DNA of 64,000 bases, from the NCBI RefSeq assembly GCF_902652985.1, contig NC_047028.1:19964001-20028000 (forward strand), given 5' to 3'. The position numbers were made by a program, and so were the translations under genes. Below, piece by piece: positions 30,588-44,727 of the stretch. The stretch's first letter is position 1; every line of letters begins with the position of its first letter. Source of the DNA: Pecten maximus. Lineage: Eukaryota. The notes beneath the pieces are model-generated. The model was not told the origin of the DNA. It worked only from the letters and a program-made list of their open reading frames with translations, and searched no databases.

Positions 30588-33500
30588 CTACTTTTTCTTG
30601 GCCATGTTTTTGATGACAAATGCTGGTACGTCAAACTTTCTCTTGCACCCGGCATAATTCATGTAACGTATTTTGCCAAATATCTCCCTCTCTTTCCATC
30701 CCTGGTCGTGAATGCCGCAGATTGACCACATACAACCTACAAGAAAAGCAAACATTATTTAATTTCGGATAAGGATCATTTCGTATGAAAAACTGATTGA
30801 GAGATAATCTTATTGATAAAATGTGTGATCACATTAAAAACTCGTAATTACCACCAGAATATGATGTACAGCATAACAATGATGTACACATCTTCAAATG
30901 TTATGATCCTGTTATTAACACGGCAAGTAAATCAACTTATTGGTTAAGCGGAGTGTACACTTTTACTTCTTCTTTGAATATGTTATATGGAACCCTTGAC
31001 ATTTTATCTTTTCAAATTTTTTTAAAAACTTTACTACATTTAATCCCATATGATCAGAAATGTGAGTCAAGGTCATTCAATAAACAAACATCATAGCCTT
31101 TCCTCCTTGAGTGCTATTAGCCATCTTTATAACCTACCAACATAGCCATTTGGATCCCGGCCATCCAATGAGAATCTATCGTTAAGATAGATGGCGGTTT
31201 CCAAGGCAACCTCTGGACTTTCTGTCCATTCCAATATTTTCTTGGCCCAGTACATCCTCAGGAAGCCATGCATTTTTCCCTCTTTCACCATCTGTATCTG
31301 TTAATGGGGAACAAGTAATGTAATTGATACAGGGGCAAATTTCCCCATATCCTTATCTAAATTACAGAGCAGTAACCAGCTGGCACTGTAAATTGTACCA
31401 GTTTGTTTGTACGAATTTACATAATTTGTATACATGTATTAGTCTTTAGTTTCCAGGAATTATTAGTCTTTATTTTCAAGGAATTAGGTTACTTAACCTA
31501 ATAAGCGACAACTTCATCATAATTGAATCTAGGGCATATATAATAAGTATGTGTTAGTAGCAGAACAAATACAAAATCACCTGGAAGTCGGACCTAAAGT
31601 TCGACTACAATATAAAACATAACTATTTTTCCAGGTAAAAGGGGACATAATCTACCAGCATTCTTCATTTAACACCGGAGACAGACATTTGTAAAGTCAT
31701 AAATACTTCAATTTTTGATCATCAAATAGCAAAATTCATTGTCAACAGCCGTATACCTGTATAATTATAACCTTATATAAACCCAGGCATCCATCACATG
31801 AACTTTGACCCAAAGAAAGAGACAGGCTTATTGAAGAACCTTTGTTAGCAGTTTTCTGGACTACAATGGCAGACATTGGCTTGTTGTCAGACAAATACAG
31901 TGATGAATTTTACCTGAGCTGCATTCCACAGATCATCGTGTGTTTTGCCCGCAGCCAGTTGATCCCTGGTATAGAGAAATTCTCTTTTGTCTGAGGCATG
32001 GATCTTCAATGTCTGCTTTGCCCAGTCATAGGCACCTACAGCAAAAATAGCCAGTATATTAAAGAGAGGAGTTGGAATTTTAAAATTTTACTGTGAAATC
32101 CTATAATAACTGCATAAATCAGTCTCTACAACACATATTGCTATTTTTATCATATACACAACTTCGCTAGCCAAGGGTGTTTGATACAATACTGTCCTTT
32201 TCATCTGAAAAGAAGATTATTATATTGAAAACCCTTGGATAGCGAAGTTGCCCTTTATAACGGTGTAGGCAGCAGTACATAACATGTTAAACTTCTCTAT
32301 GATTTGGATTTAGAATGGGTCAGATGGTTTAAAGTTTGAAACCAGGATTGTAATAGAACTATTACTTAATCACTCAAGAGATTTACATGAAACATTATTA
32401 CACATAGAGGTATCAAAATTGTTGGCCAAAATTAAATACCACATTACTTGCAAACATTACAAATAAGAAATACATACCTTCAACAGAATCATAGTTTTTA
32501 TTGTAATAGCAGAAATTATCAGATAACTCCCGTCTGATGACAGCTTCCTCAATGAAGGCATTGACTCCTTCACTCGACTTACTGCGATATTTGCGTACTG
32601 TCAGAATACATCGCTGAACAGAGATTTGTCCTGTAACAAACAGTGGAACAGATACCTGAAATCTCAGAAACTTAACAAAATAGATATGAATGCACATCAT
32701 CAAAACAAATAAATGTATCATCAAGGGAAGTAATTTGAAGCCAGAAAAACTTTCCTAGTTGCTTCATCAGATATAAAACATACTCTTTCTTTACAGCATT
32801 TACACTAATCATATGGTATTCAATAGTAACTAGCAGGGGAGAGAAAAAAACAGGATTTTGATCTATTTCAAGCTTAAGATGAAAACATACAGATACTCAT
32901 GCAAGTGCGTTGAATGACCTACCAAAGTGTATCCATGGTGACAGATTGCTGAGAGCATTTTTATTTGGGTTGTTCCTGTCAGAGGAGAAATAGCGGAGAC
33001 GGTCATTGCAGAAAGACTCGAGCATGGCTAAGCCTCCATTGGCTCCTGGTGTGGCCCAGGAGACCTCTGGTACTGATTGGTCTACCTCCAGGGAACCCCG
33101 CACACTCTCCCAGTCAACACTCTGTTATATCAGATGGTATCCAGTATTAATACATCTTAGATATTAAAATATCATGGATAAATCTGAAGGTTTCTGATAT
33201 TTTATCATCATCGAACAGTTGATTGCACAGTGATATTTTATAAGCCTTTTAAATATCTGATATGGGCTGACTAACTTGTTGGCCCATATCAGATTTTTCA
33301 GGGGCTAACACATGGCTTATTCTGGGGACTTTTTGGGGCCGTTAATGGGCCCCATTCCCAATTGAAATTATTTCATATTTAAGCAAAATTCCTAAAAATT
33401 GCAGTTTACTCCTGAAAAAATCTTTTACAATTAACCAATTTCCTTCCCAAAATTGGACAAAAAAGCCCTTTCCAAAACCAGTGATAAAAAGCCCTGTAAC

Positions 33501-36500
33501 AAGAATGATTACATGAACCTATATATAGCAGTCCAACATCATCATACTTTCATTGTTTGATTCTTAAGGGACATAGCTAGATGGAGATCAACTCGGACTT
33601 AAAAACCTGAAATAACACTTTTAGATTGTTTGCAATACAAAATTTAAAGGTAAACAATACAACAGACAAACAAGGGAAGTCTGAAATCATACTTTTTAGC
33701 TGAAAATGATAACATCTGTATGCTATGGTGTTCTGTTAGGGCTAAATTTCCGATATTGTTCCTTCGCTCTAAACGCGAAGGAGCAAAAACATGATGGTGA
33801 AGGAGCGAAAACAGGTTGGCGAAGGAGTGAAGGAGCCATCGTGTTTTCGCTCCTTCGCCATCATATTTTCACTCCTTCTTCATTGTGTTTTCACTCCTTA
33901 GCTCCTTCGAAACACCATAGTATGCTTCATGTACTTTGTCAATGGCCCTTTGTATGACAGATCACATATATCATGTTTCCAAAAAGTTGTTGAGCGAGTA
34001 GCATCATGACTCTGGACAAACTGTTTAGTATGTACCTGAGGACTAATCTTTGATTTGTGTGGGTGTTCACACACAGGTGGGAATTCTGTGAGGAACCCAG
34101 ACAGTTGGTTGTGGATCTTGTTTCTAATGGTTCTGGCACCATATTCCAGCTTAGGTGAAGCTTCCCAGCAAGGAACTATGTTGTGAGCATCTACCTGTTA
34201 AATAACACTAACTGTATATAAACTCTCTCATAATGATACTACCAGTCAAATTCTGATCAGCGGTTATGAAGAAGGCAATTGTTGAGTGACCCCGGACGCC
34301 ACGGTATAGCATATGCTCACCTTGGTCCTTTGGAAATTCTTTGAACCAGGTGAGCTAATGAGAACCATGGTGGGGACAACAGAACCATACTTTATATGTC
34401 TGATTTGAAACGGCAGAAGGAAATAGGATGTTTCCATATGAGATCTTGATGTCAGCTTGAAAACTTTCCCATGGTCATTGCACAGTGAGATAATATGTCT
34501 GATCTAGCCACTATGCATGCATGATATGACCAAAGTTTGACTTCTGCAAGACTGACAATTAGACTATTTCAGTTTTGAAATAAACATCTAACACATTAAA
34601 TCACTTTATAAACAAGGTTTTGTGTTATTCAGAAACTCCTTTTTCAAATTTGTATCCTAATTTGTGTAAGCCATGACTGACAGAGTAGAGTCTTTATAAT
34701 TCTTATAGAAGTTTATGTAACAATTTTGGACTTTATTCTTACCTGGCAAAACGGCACCTTCTTAGGAAGTCTTTCTTTGACATCATTGACCCACCCTACA
34801 GGCACCCTTAAGGGAGAGAAGTCAGTCACCACACCTCCAAAGTCATTGTCTTCCACAAATCCGGGTAAAACATCCTTTGCATAACCCTGCAGTAAGTGAA
34901 AGTTGATGTTCAAGGAACGACATTCCTACAAAAGGAAAAACAGGTACATGCATAAATATTTTGTAAATCATAATAAGTATTGAAATCGAACAATTAAATA
35001 AGATGATTGGTATACATTTGCAAGCACTAAGTTTACAAACTTATTAGATATCAAAGAGAGAAAAATAACACATTTTAGGTACCTTTCCGACATAAAATAT
35101 AAACACCATCAAACTAAATATATAATAGAAACACCATCAAACCAAATATATAATAGACACACCATCAAACCAAATATATAATAGAAACACCATCAAACCA
35201 AATATATAATAGAAACACCATCAAACCAAATATATAATAGACACACCATCAAACCAAAGAAATTCAAAGCAATTTACTGAAATATTGACGCACATTAGTA
35301 TCTTTATATAACAAAAGTATAAACAATTCCTGGTTTAAATACCTCTCCAAAACCTACCCTGCACCCACACAGCAATGTGAGTGGTTCTGTAGCACAGTTG
35401 TAAAGCACCAAGGTGTCTTGGGTCATTATCTAGAAATCTAATTTTATTTTCTTGCACAGGGTATAATTTTCTTCTAATTCATTACATATGAAATCAATTT
35501 AATTCCCATATTTAATAAAGTCATTTCCTGTGAAAATGTTTAAAACACACCTGTTCCACTTCCTGAAGTCCTTTCAACATGAAGCCGTAATGACGGATGG
35601 TGGCCTCGAGAAACTTCGGTACCAGACAGAAACACACAACCAGGGGAACTTTCAGTTTTAGAGCCAAACGTTGAGCATACAACATGGCCCAGTTATCTGA
35701 AATCAGAAATAATGTTTTAAGTCATATTGTTGTTTAAAATATGAACATGGAAAGAGGATAAAAACACTTTATTTTCTATTATTGTGATATATCCAGATAG
35801 AACTACTTAAAAAATGAATGCTCCTTATGACTTCCCACAAATAGTGTATAGTACAAAATTTAATTGACTATTGTACTTGCCTTATTTTGTCGATTAAAAT
35901 TAAATCTTAACATGACATGGGTCATTGAATTTAAAAAATCGTATTTTGGTGCAATAGTAAGCCAACATTTTATCTGAGAGCCTGATGATGATTTAATTAT
36001 AAGTACATGTAATCAGAATTTTTACCATTTTTCACCAATTTCATGTTACCAAGGTTATCGTGTTCTGAATGCCTTTAAAAGGGAGGGATGGTATGCTAGC
36101 ATAACGCCCTGCATTTTTTATACAGAAAACAGTTTCTTCGTTCTGTTGTTAGAACAAATATTTTGCTGGAGTGTACACCCCCCCCCCCCCCCCCCCCCTT
36201 TCCAGGAAAGAGTTCCCCCCCCCCCCCCCCCCTCCCCCTTTCCAGGAAAGAGTTTTCCAAAGTTTCCCATTAGCAAAAGTAATTATTATAAGATGCTTAT
36301 GAAAGAAAGGTGGCATATTTGTAAACTTTCAACTATCTTGCTACGACAAATATAGATGATATAAATGACACAGCCTTGCAGCTAGAGGCAAACAAATAAA
36401 GTGCTAGCATTCAATGAATACCAACATGCATTCAAATTAAAGTGTATCTTGAATTATTGATCAGGCTACGGGATCATGAAACAATTTTAGACTTAATTAC

Positions 36501-36957
36501 ATGCTTGACCAATCAGATATGATGTTACTTTTCCTGATGTTATCTGTGATTGGATAAATCAGAACTTCAGACAATTTCAGACTTATTTTTGTTTCATGAT
36601 ATCCTGGGTACTGGACCCGAATGGTTCATGTTGGTTAGGATTTTACTTTGTAGACAACATCTATTTTCTCACCTTGTACCCGCTGGTCCCTGGACATCCA
36701 GTACAAAACACCATTACAGGAATCTGGGAAGTCTTGGGCCACAGATAGTACACGCACTCTCTTCTTGTGGAACTTGAAGTCAGCCACAGAGCTGCATAAT
36801 GCATTTCGGAGACCTGTTATCTGCTCTTTAAAATCCCTGCCAGTTTGTTTTGTTGGGCTTGTCTTTGTTAATTTAGATGATGCTCTCCCAGTGTCAGCTG
36901 GTTCATTCCCTGAGTCAATCTTCGTTTCAGTGATTTACGGTCTTTACTTTCAGCCAT
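30588..36957 (-). CDS. phr: Class II CPD (deoxyribodipyrimidine) photolyase, 9 coding exons, apparent frameshift near codon 12
   Basis: Exons on the minus strand: 36957-36673, 35696-35551, 34925-34743, 34194-34036, 33121-32923, 32630-32478, 32035-31914, 31297-31138, 30736-30588. Motifs: [113 protein letters not shown]. Confidence 0.93.
32160..32250. mobile_element. Small MITE/hairpin in a photolyase intron
   Basis: AACTTCGCTAGCCAAGGGT and ACCCTTGGATAGCGAAGTT form inverted repeats. Confidence 0.65.
35101..35258. repeat. 28-bp minisatellite, ~5.5 copies
   Basis: Unit AAACACCATCAAACCAAATATATAATAG. Confidence 0.95.
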
Positions 36958-38010
36958 TGCTTCACTGGAAATTGAAATAATTATTTATTAATTTTACTAT
37001 TATACTATTGGCTGCTGAGTCTTATGCAGTGTGGTTTACACTTGTATTACTTGAGGACATATAACCAAGGTTCTACAATATACATAGACATCCACTAGAT
37101 CGGGACAACAACACTTTGGACTTCATCAGGAAACTATCTTTGTATATTGTTTTAAATGCAATTAATTTATTTAAACCAGGTTTGGATAACTATCATTCTA
37201 TTGTATAATGATCACTTATACTGCTATATTAAATGTAATAATACATAAATTGTTTGCATTCGGAAAACTATTTGGTAGGTTAATAAAGTTATCCTCTTCA
37301 TGATGTACAATGACAGTGTAATGATTGCCTGTCAATTTCAGGGGCACAGAAGTTTAAATTTTAATCAGTTACATTGTAGTTAAAACGGTCATCGACTATT
37401 GCTATAGGTTTCGTCTCACCATGCCCCTGTGGTATGAGTTCGAGTTATAACCTAACTCAGTTACCTCGGGAGGCATCGAGAACTCCTCGGGGAATATACT
37501 ATTAAATATTTCAGGACATTACCCGATGAGTTGACCAGTTTCTTGTCAAAATTGCTCAACTAAATTCTAATACTAGATTATCTCCCCTATTTTGAAACTT
37601 GGGCTAGAATCAGACATATCCTCAAGACCAAAATCATAGGCCTCAATTTGATTTATAATTTCAATATTCTAGAGATAGGTGTGTAGTCTACCAGATGAGT
37701 AATGGATATATATTAAATACATAGTTTGTTTCAAAAATAGACAAACAGGCCCATTGGGCCTCTTTTTATACACAATGGGCTATTGTTTTATCCTAGGGGT
37801 TACTAGCCTATATATCATACCAACATCATATAAGATTCCCATGGTAGTTTTTTATATGGTGGTGTCATATGATATACGAGAATTGAAGAATTTAGAAATT
37901 TTTGGTTCGCCTTTTTTTTTATAAAAATAATTCCCATTTAACGTTAATGTTTAACAGTGCATGCAAATAAGTTATGAAACAATGATGAAGTTGAAAGAAT
38001 TTGGACTCAC

Positions 38011-38130
38011 AAACTTCAACTTCAATACCGTAAAAGGATGTCAAGCAGCATGCAAGAAATGCCGTTGATGTGTTTCGTGTGTGTTTTCCCACCAAACTGC
38101 ACGTGGAGTTTCATAACATCAACATGGTAA
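38011..38130 (-). other. Probable non-coding first exon of the photolyase
   Basis: Donor TTT|GTGAGT at 38011/38010 matches the acceptor at 36964. The upstream region is CpG-richer and has an E-box CACGTG at 38100-38105. The 5' limit is unknown. Confidence 0.5.
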
Positions 38131-39527
38131 AGTTAACTACAGCCCGGGACAGCCGGACTAATATGTACTGCCCGGTCAAACAAACACTAGCCAGACAGAG
38201 TTGTCGTTCCTTACCAAATCTGGACAGTCTCCAAAAAACAAAAACCCATTTCACATCCGCCCAAATTAAGTCATTTTCGCCAACAATTACAAAACAATAC
38301 CACTGACAATCTTTATTTTTCCGTCGAACAATTTTTCATCCACTGGCGTCCAGGCGCCTGCTTACGGATATCACGGTGACAAAAAGTAGGAGAGAGTTAT
38401 ATGACTACATGTCCCCGCGGATTGTTTTTACAATAAAAACTACTCCTACTATAAGCAGACGCATGTTATTCAATTAATACAGATAACTATTTTGAAAACA
38501 GATATCGCTATTTCATAAATACAATTATTCAGATATATATATTCTAAAACAGAAAACGCTATATCTTTTGACATACATATAGATATCTATATTTTAATCA
38601 AAAGATATCTCCATCTGAATTAAAGATATATATGCATACCATTTATACCAGAAATAGAGATATCTGTATCTAATAAAATTAGCATATCTTAATAAAACGG
38701 ATAAAACCTCAATCTGCTTGCAATAAACAAACCAGATATTTGACCCTTTGATCATTATTGGGTTAATTTTTTGTTTGTCATTTTTGTTTTTGTCGAAAGA
38801 TTGCGTCAAGCCCCGGTGCTCATATCCTCACTTTCCCGTTTTCTAAGCATAGGCAAGACATGCAAATGAGATTTATTTTCTAATAGTATTCTATTATACT
38901 TTTGTAAGAGAGATACATGTATGACTATTCTGACGACCCGTGTAAACTTAGATAAAACGTTAGTAATGGTGCAGCTCCCTTAGATGTACGACTTTCTCTT
39001 TTAAATATAATATATACATGTACAGCGTATCAGTTAAGAGAACTCATCTCGATCGGATATTATCTGTGACCGTCTAGGTCTTTTTTCCCCGCCAGCAATG
39101 TGCAGTTTAAGATGCTACGTTGCCGACAGCATACAACACCGATTTTCTCCAAAAAATGCATAAAAATAGCACATGCGGTTTAGAAAACATTTTATTGCAT
39201 TTTGCTAGTGAAATATAAAATTGTTATCAAACTGATAGATTTTGCAGTGAAAATATGTTCTTCGTTTTTTACCATTCAAAGCGCTTCATTGATTCCAATC
39301 GAAGCGAAGAGAGATAAATGGGTTGTTTTGCTGTATTTTTTAAATATTCAGACTAGCTCTTGACCACTGACTTGACATTAGCTTTTCATGCAGATTCTCC
39401 GATAACAGCAGAAAACGCTTAAATTGCGCTGATCAGTCATTTGAAAATGCACCATCAAATATGACGTCGACGTCATGTTTTTGCTTTTTTTTAGAACAAA
39501 AAATGAAATAAAAAGAAAAAAATTGAA

Positions 39528-39652
39528 TGGTTTCCCGTTGAATGTAACATATCTTTCACTCGCATGACAGAATATTTCGATATTTTTCTCTCGTGAAAAT
39601 ATCGTTATTCTGTTGTACTCGTAAAACATATGTCATATTCAACGGGAAACCA
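39528..39652. repeat. 125-bp imperfect palindrome within a non-autonomous repeat
   Basis: TGGTTTCCCGTTGAATGTAACATAT...CGATATTTT pairs with AAAATATCG...ATATGTCATATTCAACGGGAAACCA. A related sequence occurs at ~50135-50205. Confidence 0.85.
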
Positions 39653-40784
39653 AACGCCATTAAAACAAAAATAATGACGGTTTGGAAATCATCGCAATAA
39701 GAGGACTGAAAATGAACAATTTGTTCGTGATGCAATAAAATATATCTATCCACTTTAAATTCAAAAGATAAAATTAGAAACTAAAACGTTTAGAAGGCGG
39801 AATAATGTTTTACGTATGGTACCTGTAGTATTGTCTTTTTAGGAGATGCAGCATCTCTGAAGACAACATAACAATTGCCGACATTATAATGAGGGTCGTT
39901 TCGAGAATCACAGGACTAAAAAAAAAAAAAAAAAAAAGGGGGAGGGGGGATTCGAAGTTCTTTACAAACCTACTATTATTACTGACCGAACGTTCATCAT
40001 CCTCTCGCAAACAGAGTTTGGCAGCCCTTACAGCATACTAAGAAACAATATTAGGTCTCTTGGTTATTAAGAAAACACCAATTTTGACTCGTTACATTGA
40101 AAGTCGGTAAAAGATCATTCATTTGAACGGAATTGATAACTCTTCATCCCAGCATGTTGCATGCACAGTAACAGTAGACATCGAGCCTTTTGGTTGTTGA
40201 GAAGAAGTGAAGGGAAAAGTTGACAACGTATGGCGGACACTGTGCCATGCCATAAGCTCAATCATTTGGCCTTTCTGGGGTTTTATTTTTTTGCTTAAGG
40301 CCCTTCTCATTTCAGTCCATTTTGATCTTTTTATCCAGCTTATTAAGACCCAAATAAGGAATATTTCCAAAAATTAATATAAATGTTCTACTTTTGATGA
40401 AAAGATTTTGTAAGGCCTGTTAAAATATCTAGATAGACGATACAAGCCCTTTGCCCATATTGTCAGTAACTTAACTAAATTAAATGAATTCCTTGTTAAA
40501 TTACTATTAACAAATATATCAATCTTTATTTTATTAATAAATTTTCTAGATAGGCCATACATGCCCTTTGCCCATATTGTCACTTAACTAAATTAAATGA
40601 ATTCCTAGTAAAATCACTATACGTGTTAGACTTAGATTAGAAACTACAGAAAGTAAAAGAAACAGAACAGAGGTAAGTTGACATTTTCTTTATTGCCTCT
40701 ACTTTTGATTATAACAGTGATATAACATACTACATACATACACACAGGATAAGGCATGTGGTGGTGATGACAATGCTACACCCA

Positions 40785-41165
40785 ACCCTGGGCACTTCAC
40801 AGTGATTGGTCAGAAAAATCTGTGAATGTTGGTGATTGGTCAGAGCCTAGCAACATGGGCACTTAACAATGATTGGCCAATGTCTAGCAACCCTGGATAA
40901 CTCACAACGATTGGTCAGTACTTTGCAATCATGGATACTTTGCAACAATTGGTCAGTGCCTTGCAAACTTGGGCACTTCATAATGATTGGTCAGTAACCT
41001 AGAAACCCTGGACACTTCACAACAGTTGGTCAGTACCTAGGAATCCTGGACACTTTACAACGATTGGTCAGTGCCTAGGAAACCCTGGACACTTCACAAC
41101 AATTGGTCAGTACCTAGGAAACCCTGGACACTTCACAACGATTGGTCAAGTACCATTTAACATCT
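40785..41165. repeat. ~36-bp ATTGG/CCAAT-box tandem array, ~10 copies (second copy ~59530-59930)
   Basis: Unit approximately GATTGGTCAGTACCTAGGAAACCCTGGACACTTCACAAC. Confidence 0.85.
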
Positions 41166-42185
41166 GGCCAGCATTGATTGGTTAATTAAAATCTTCAAAG
41201 TATAAACTTACAGTTTCCACATCATATGCTTTGTTTTGCCTTAAATGGTTCCAATGTACTACATGCGACATATAGATGTCATTTTTATTTTATCTGTATG
41301 TTGACAAAAAACCAAAAGTGCTGAATACATTTTCAAAATGACTTGATTGCAATGTGAGTGTATGACTGATAGACCAATCCCTGTGAGTGGCCTTCAGATG
41401 TACCTCCCGACTACACACTATCAGTGTATTTCTATACAGACAAGCCGATACATTATACTCCTACAAAGTCCAATAAAACACGACAACATGACTAGGTATG
41501 AAGGAGAGAAGGGAACACAGTTCTATTTCAATCAACAATCTAGGTCAGGGCTGTGCTTGATTTGTTGTATGCCGGTCTTTAATGGAATGTGCCAGTCACT
41601 TGATAGGGGCATGCCAGTCCTGTTGATTTTGCCAATGAGTGGCTGCCCAGTCAAGCCGGATTCTTTGCCACTGTACAAATCAAGCAGAGCCTATTGAGGA
41701 AGTGGTTGACATGAGACACCAGTATCATGGTAGATTGACAACAGTTTTGATAAAATTTGTTAAGTTAATTGTATTTCTATTTGATGGAATGTTCAAAGCT
41801 AAAATGTACGAACATTATTATAAAATGAATTCCCAATACATCTATTACCTGAAAAGGGGCAAGAACAAATTTTCTTCAAACATTGCAGTTGTAACTTGAC
41901 TTGTCTCTTTGAGATCCAGCTCATTTTTTTTAAACAAATAATATTTTCGTATTAAGGTATTTAATCTTTATCTTAAAACAGTTCTAATTAAAATATTTCC
42001 ATTTAATGCAGGTAAAGTTAAAGAAAGTCAGCCATGCCACAGAATAGCAAGTATCATATTAAAAGTAATTAAAGTTCAATGATGAAAAGTTCAAAAAGAT
42101 TTAAAGTTCTATAAATGCAAATAGTATGATATCACCACAAAAATAGTATGTAGCAATCCAAACGTCTAACATATAATATTTATCA

Positions 42186-42300
42186 TGCAATAAGCCCTTT
42201 TGTCAAACATTACATACCAATGAAACAGCGTTCATTCCCATTTCTATTTTAAAGTAAAATAGATATGGGTGGGCTTATCGCCAACCATGGGCTTATTGCA
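42186..42300. mobile_element. Small MITE
   Basis: TIRs TGCAATAAGCCC and GGGCTTATTGCA. Confidence 0.6.
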
Positions 42301-44727
42301 GAATATGATACATATATGAAATACTGATAATATATTTGACGTACAATTGTTGTTGTTTTTTTACATAAATTGTTAAAAAAAAACCAGATCATCTTTATTC
42401 AGAAACACATTTTTCTTTCTCAAATTTGTTAATCAACTTTATTATTTATATTTTTCATAGGACAAAACATTCACGTCAATATTCCTTATTTTCCAAATCT
42501 GGCCTAAATTCTGTTGTATCTTAAATATTGTCTGCATTCATTTTTTAGTTTACATCAGGTTTTGTGCTTTGTATACAGTAGATGAAACATTGGATATCAT
42601 TGATCATTTTGATGCCATCATATACACAATATGTGATGAATCTCATATGTTTTCATCTAATAGCTAAAATTTGGTCTATAGTAGGAATGTTCTTTAATTT
42701 ATGTTGATGAAAAGCATACTGATTCCCTTTTAATACTACCAGATGTAATGCTTTTTATACATTAATCATTTCAAATTTTAGGAAATTGATAAAAAAATTA
42801 CAAAAAAAAATTACGAAAGACACTTAATATATAAAATCTACGAAAGCAGTTAATTTGAAATTTTTCTTTAAATAAAAAAAAATCATTAAAATCTGTTTTT
42901 AAAATCTAAAATATCTCACCACACTAGGTTTACTTCAGGTGTTAAACATGTATGCATTTGATGCATGGAATATATCAAACATACTTTTTAAATGTACAGT
43001 AACTTTCCTTTACGTAATGAATGCACATACTGCAGGTATATTTTTCTACAGGAAAAAAAAGTATAAACACTCTACTGTATTCTTTCAAGTGATACAACAA
43101 AATCAGTTTTCTTTCAAGTGATACAATAAAATCACAACATTTTTTTCACATTGCATACTGAGAAATGCACATTTGGATAGCAGCTTTGGCGCAAGAGCCA
43201 TTTATTTTCTTTTTCAAAATTATAACTTTCTGTTTAATGCCCGAATTATGTACATGTATATCATTAGCAGTACACCTCCATATGATAAGAACAAATAGTA
43301 TTCAATTTTTATGTGAAATGAATTTTACTTTTTAACAAAACAAGAGGCAGAACAGAAACAGCAATAGTGCATTCAAGATTGTGAATTCCAGGATTGAGTC
43401 AGTGTATTTTCTTTTCAAATCGATCAAATCATTGGTGATACAATAAGAATTTATTCATTTCAGAATTAAAATAGTTTTTGAATCTCCTTCCGACACAATT
43501 TTGATGGCAGAAAGTTTTACAAACCAGACAGAAAATATCCTGTACCATATCATACACTCTAGTTTGAGTTCTATAAAATGTAGCACAAGCTCAAATCCAA
43601 TTTTTTTTTAAACTAGACAGCCGTACATGATTATCAACATCATTTTACACAGATTGTCAACTCAGAAATCACTTTAAAATGCATTCCTACAACACCTATC
43701 CAGCTTTTGCGTTTTCCCATACATTATTTTCTTTATCATTTTTCAGATTTCCTCTTGATTTTCATTTGTATTGCCAAATCCTTTTTTCAATGCCAAAAAC
43801 TCCCCAGACCAAATAGTGGAGGTACAATGTATAATATGGTTTTACTGACAAATACTGGTAGTACAATCTGTATATAAATAATAAGGTTTTACTGAAAAAA
43901 GTGGCAGTATAACAAGGTTTTATGGAGAATAATATACTGATCTCTGTTTTAATACTTGAAATATATTGGCTAAGATTTAAATACAGGTAAATGAATATCT
44001 GAAAAATACAATAATGACAAAATTATTTCCTCTGAAGCAAACATATGATACAAACATAATCAGTTTAAAACACAATATCTTCCTCTACCTCAATGCTTAA
44101 TACCACCGAGTTACAAAACAAATAAAACTTCATTAAAATCACTACAGTTATTACATTGTAGAATTGAAAACTGATGTTCCTAACTTTGCATGTACAGCAA
44201 ATATTCTGGCAGCAATTCAACATGATGACACCTTGTATACAAACCAGACACACATCACAGACAGTTTTATATAATTTGTCTTTCAATCATGATATGCGAG
44301 GCGGAACATGTGTTGTATGTGTGTGTATATACCTGTCGATCATGTACATGAGCGATACTCTTCACATGTTAATAATACTATCAACATTCTGGCAAATATG
44401 TGGCAACATTTACACTGCTATGTTTATTAACTTCTCACATCTTTATCAAGAACACAAAAAAATATATATCAGCAAAAATGGGATGGAGTCTAACACACAT
44501 AAAACCATGCATATATTTCATTTTTCAAATGTATCATAAAACAACAACAGATTAACACACAAGTAACATACTTAAATTATTTGTAGTAATGTATCAAAAA
44601 ATAAACTTAAAACATGATTAATTATTATTAGTAAAAGAAATAAATGGTTCAAACCAGTAAATAAAAGGGTAATTCAGAATTATTACAGTCTATCTGCCTA
44701 GATGACCACTCAACAAAATAAAAACGT

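Noticed and set aside
39194-39207. 14-bp match (ATTGCATTTTGCTA) to the reverse complement of the CACTA left end
   Set aside because: It lies on the wrong side of the element, lacks the terminal GGG and subterminal repeats, and is likely chance.
41347-41899. 116-aa and 86-aa ORFs conserved in both repeat copies
   Set aside because: Their conservation simply reflects recent duplication; they have non-ATG starts and no recognisable domain.
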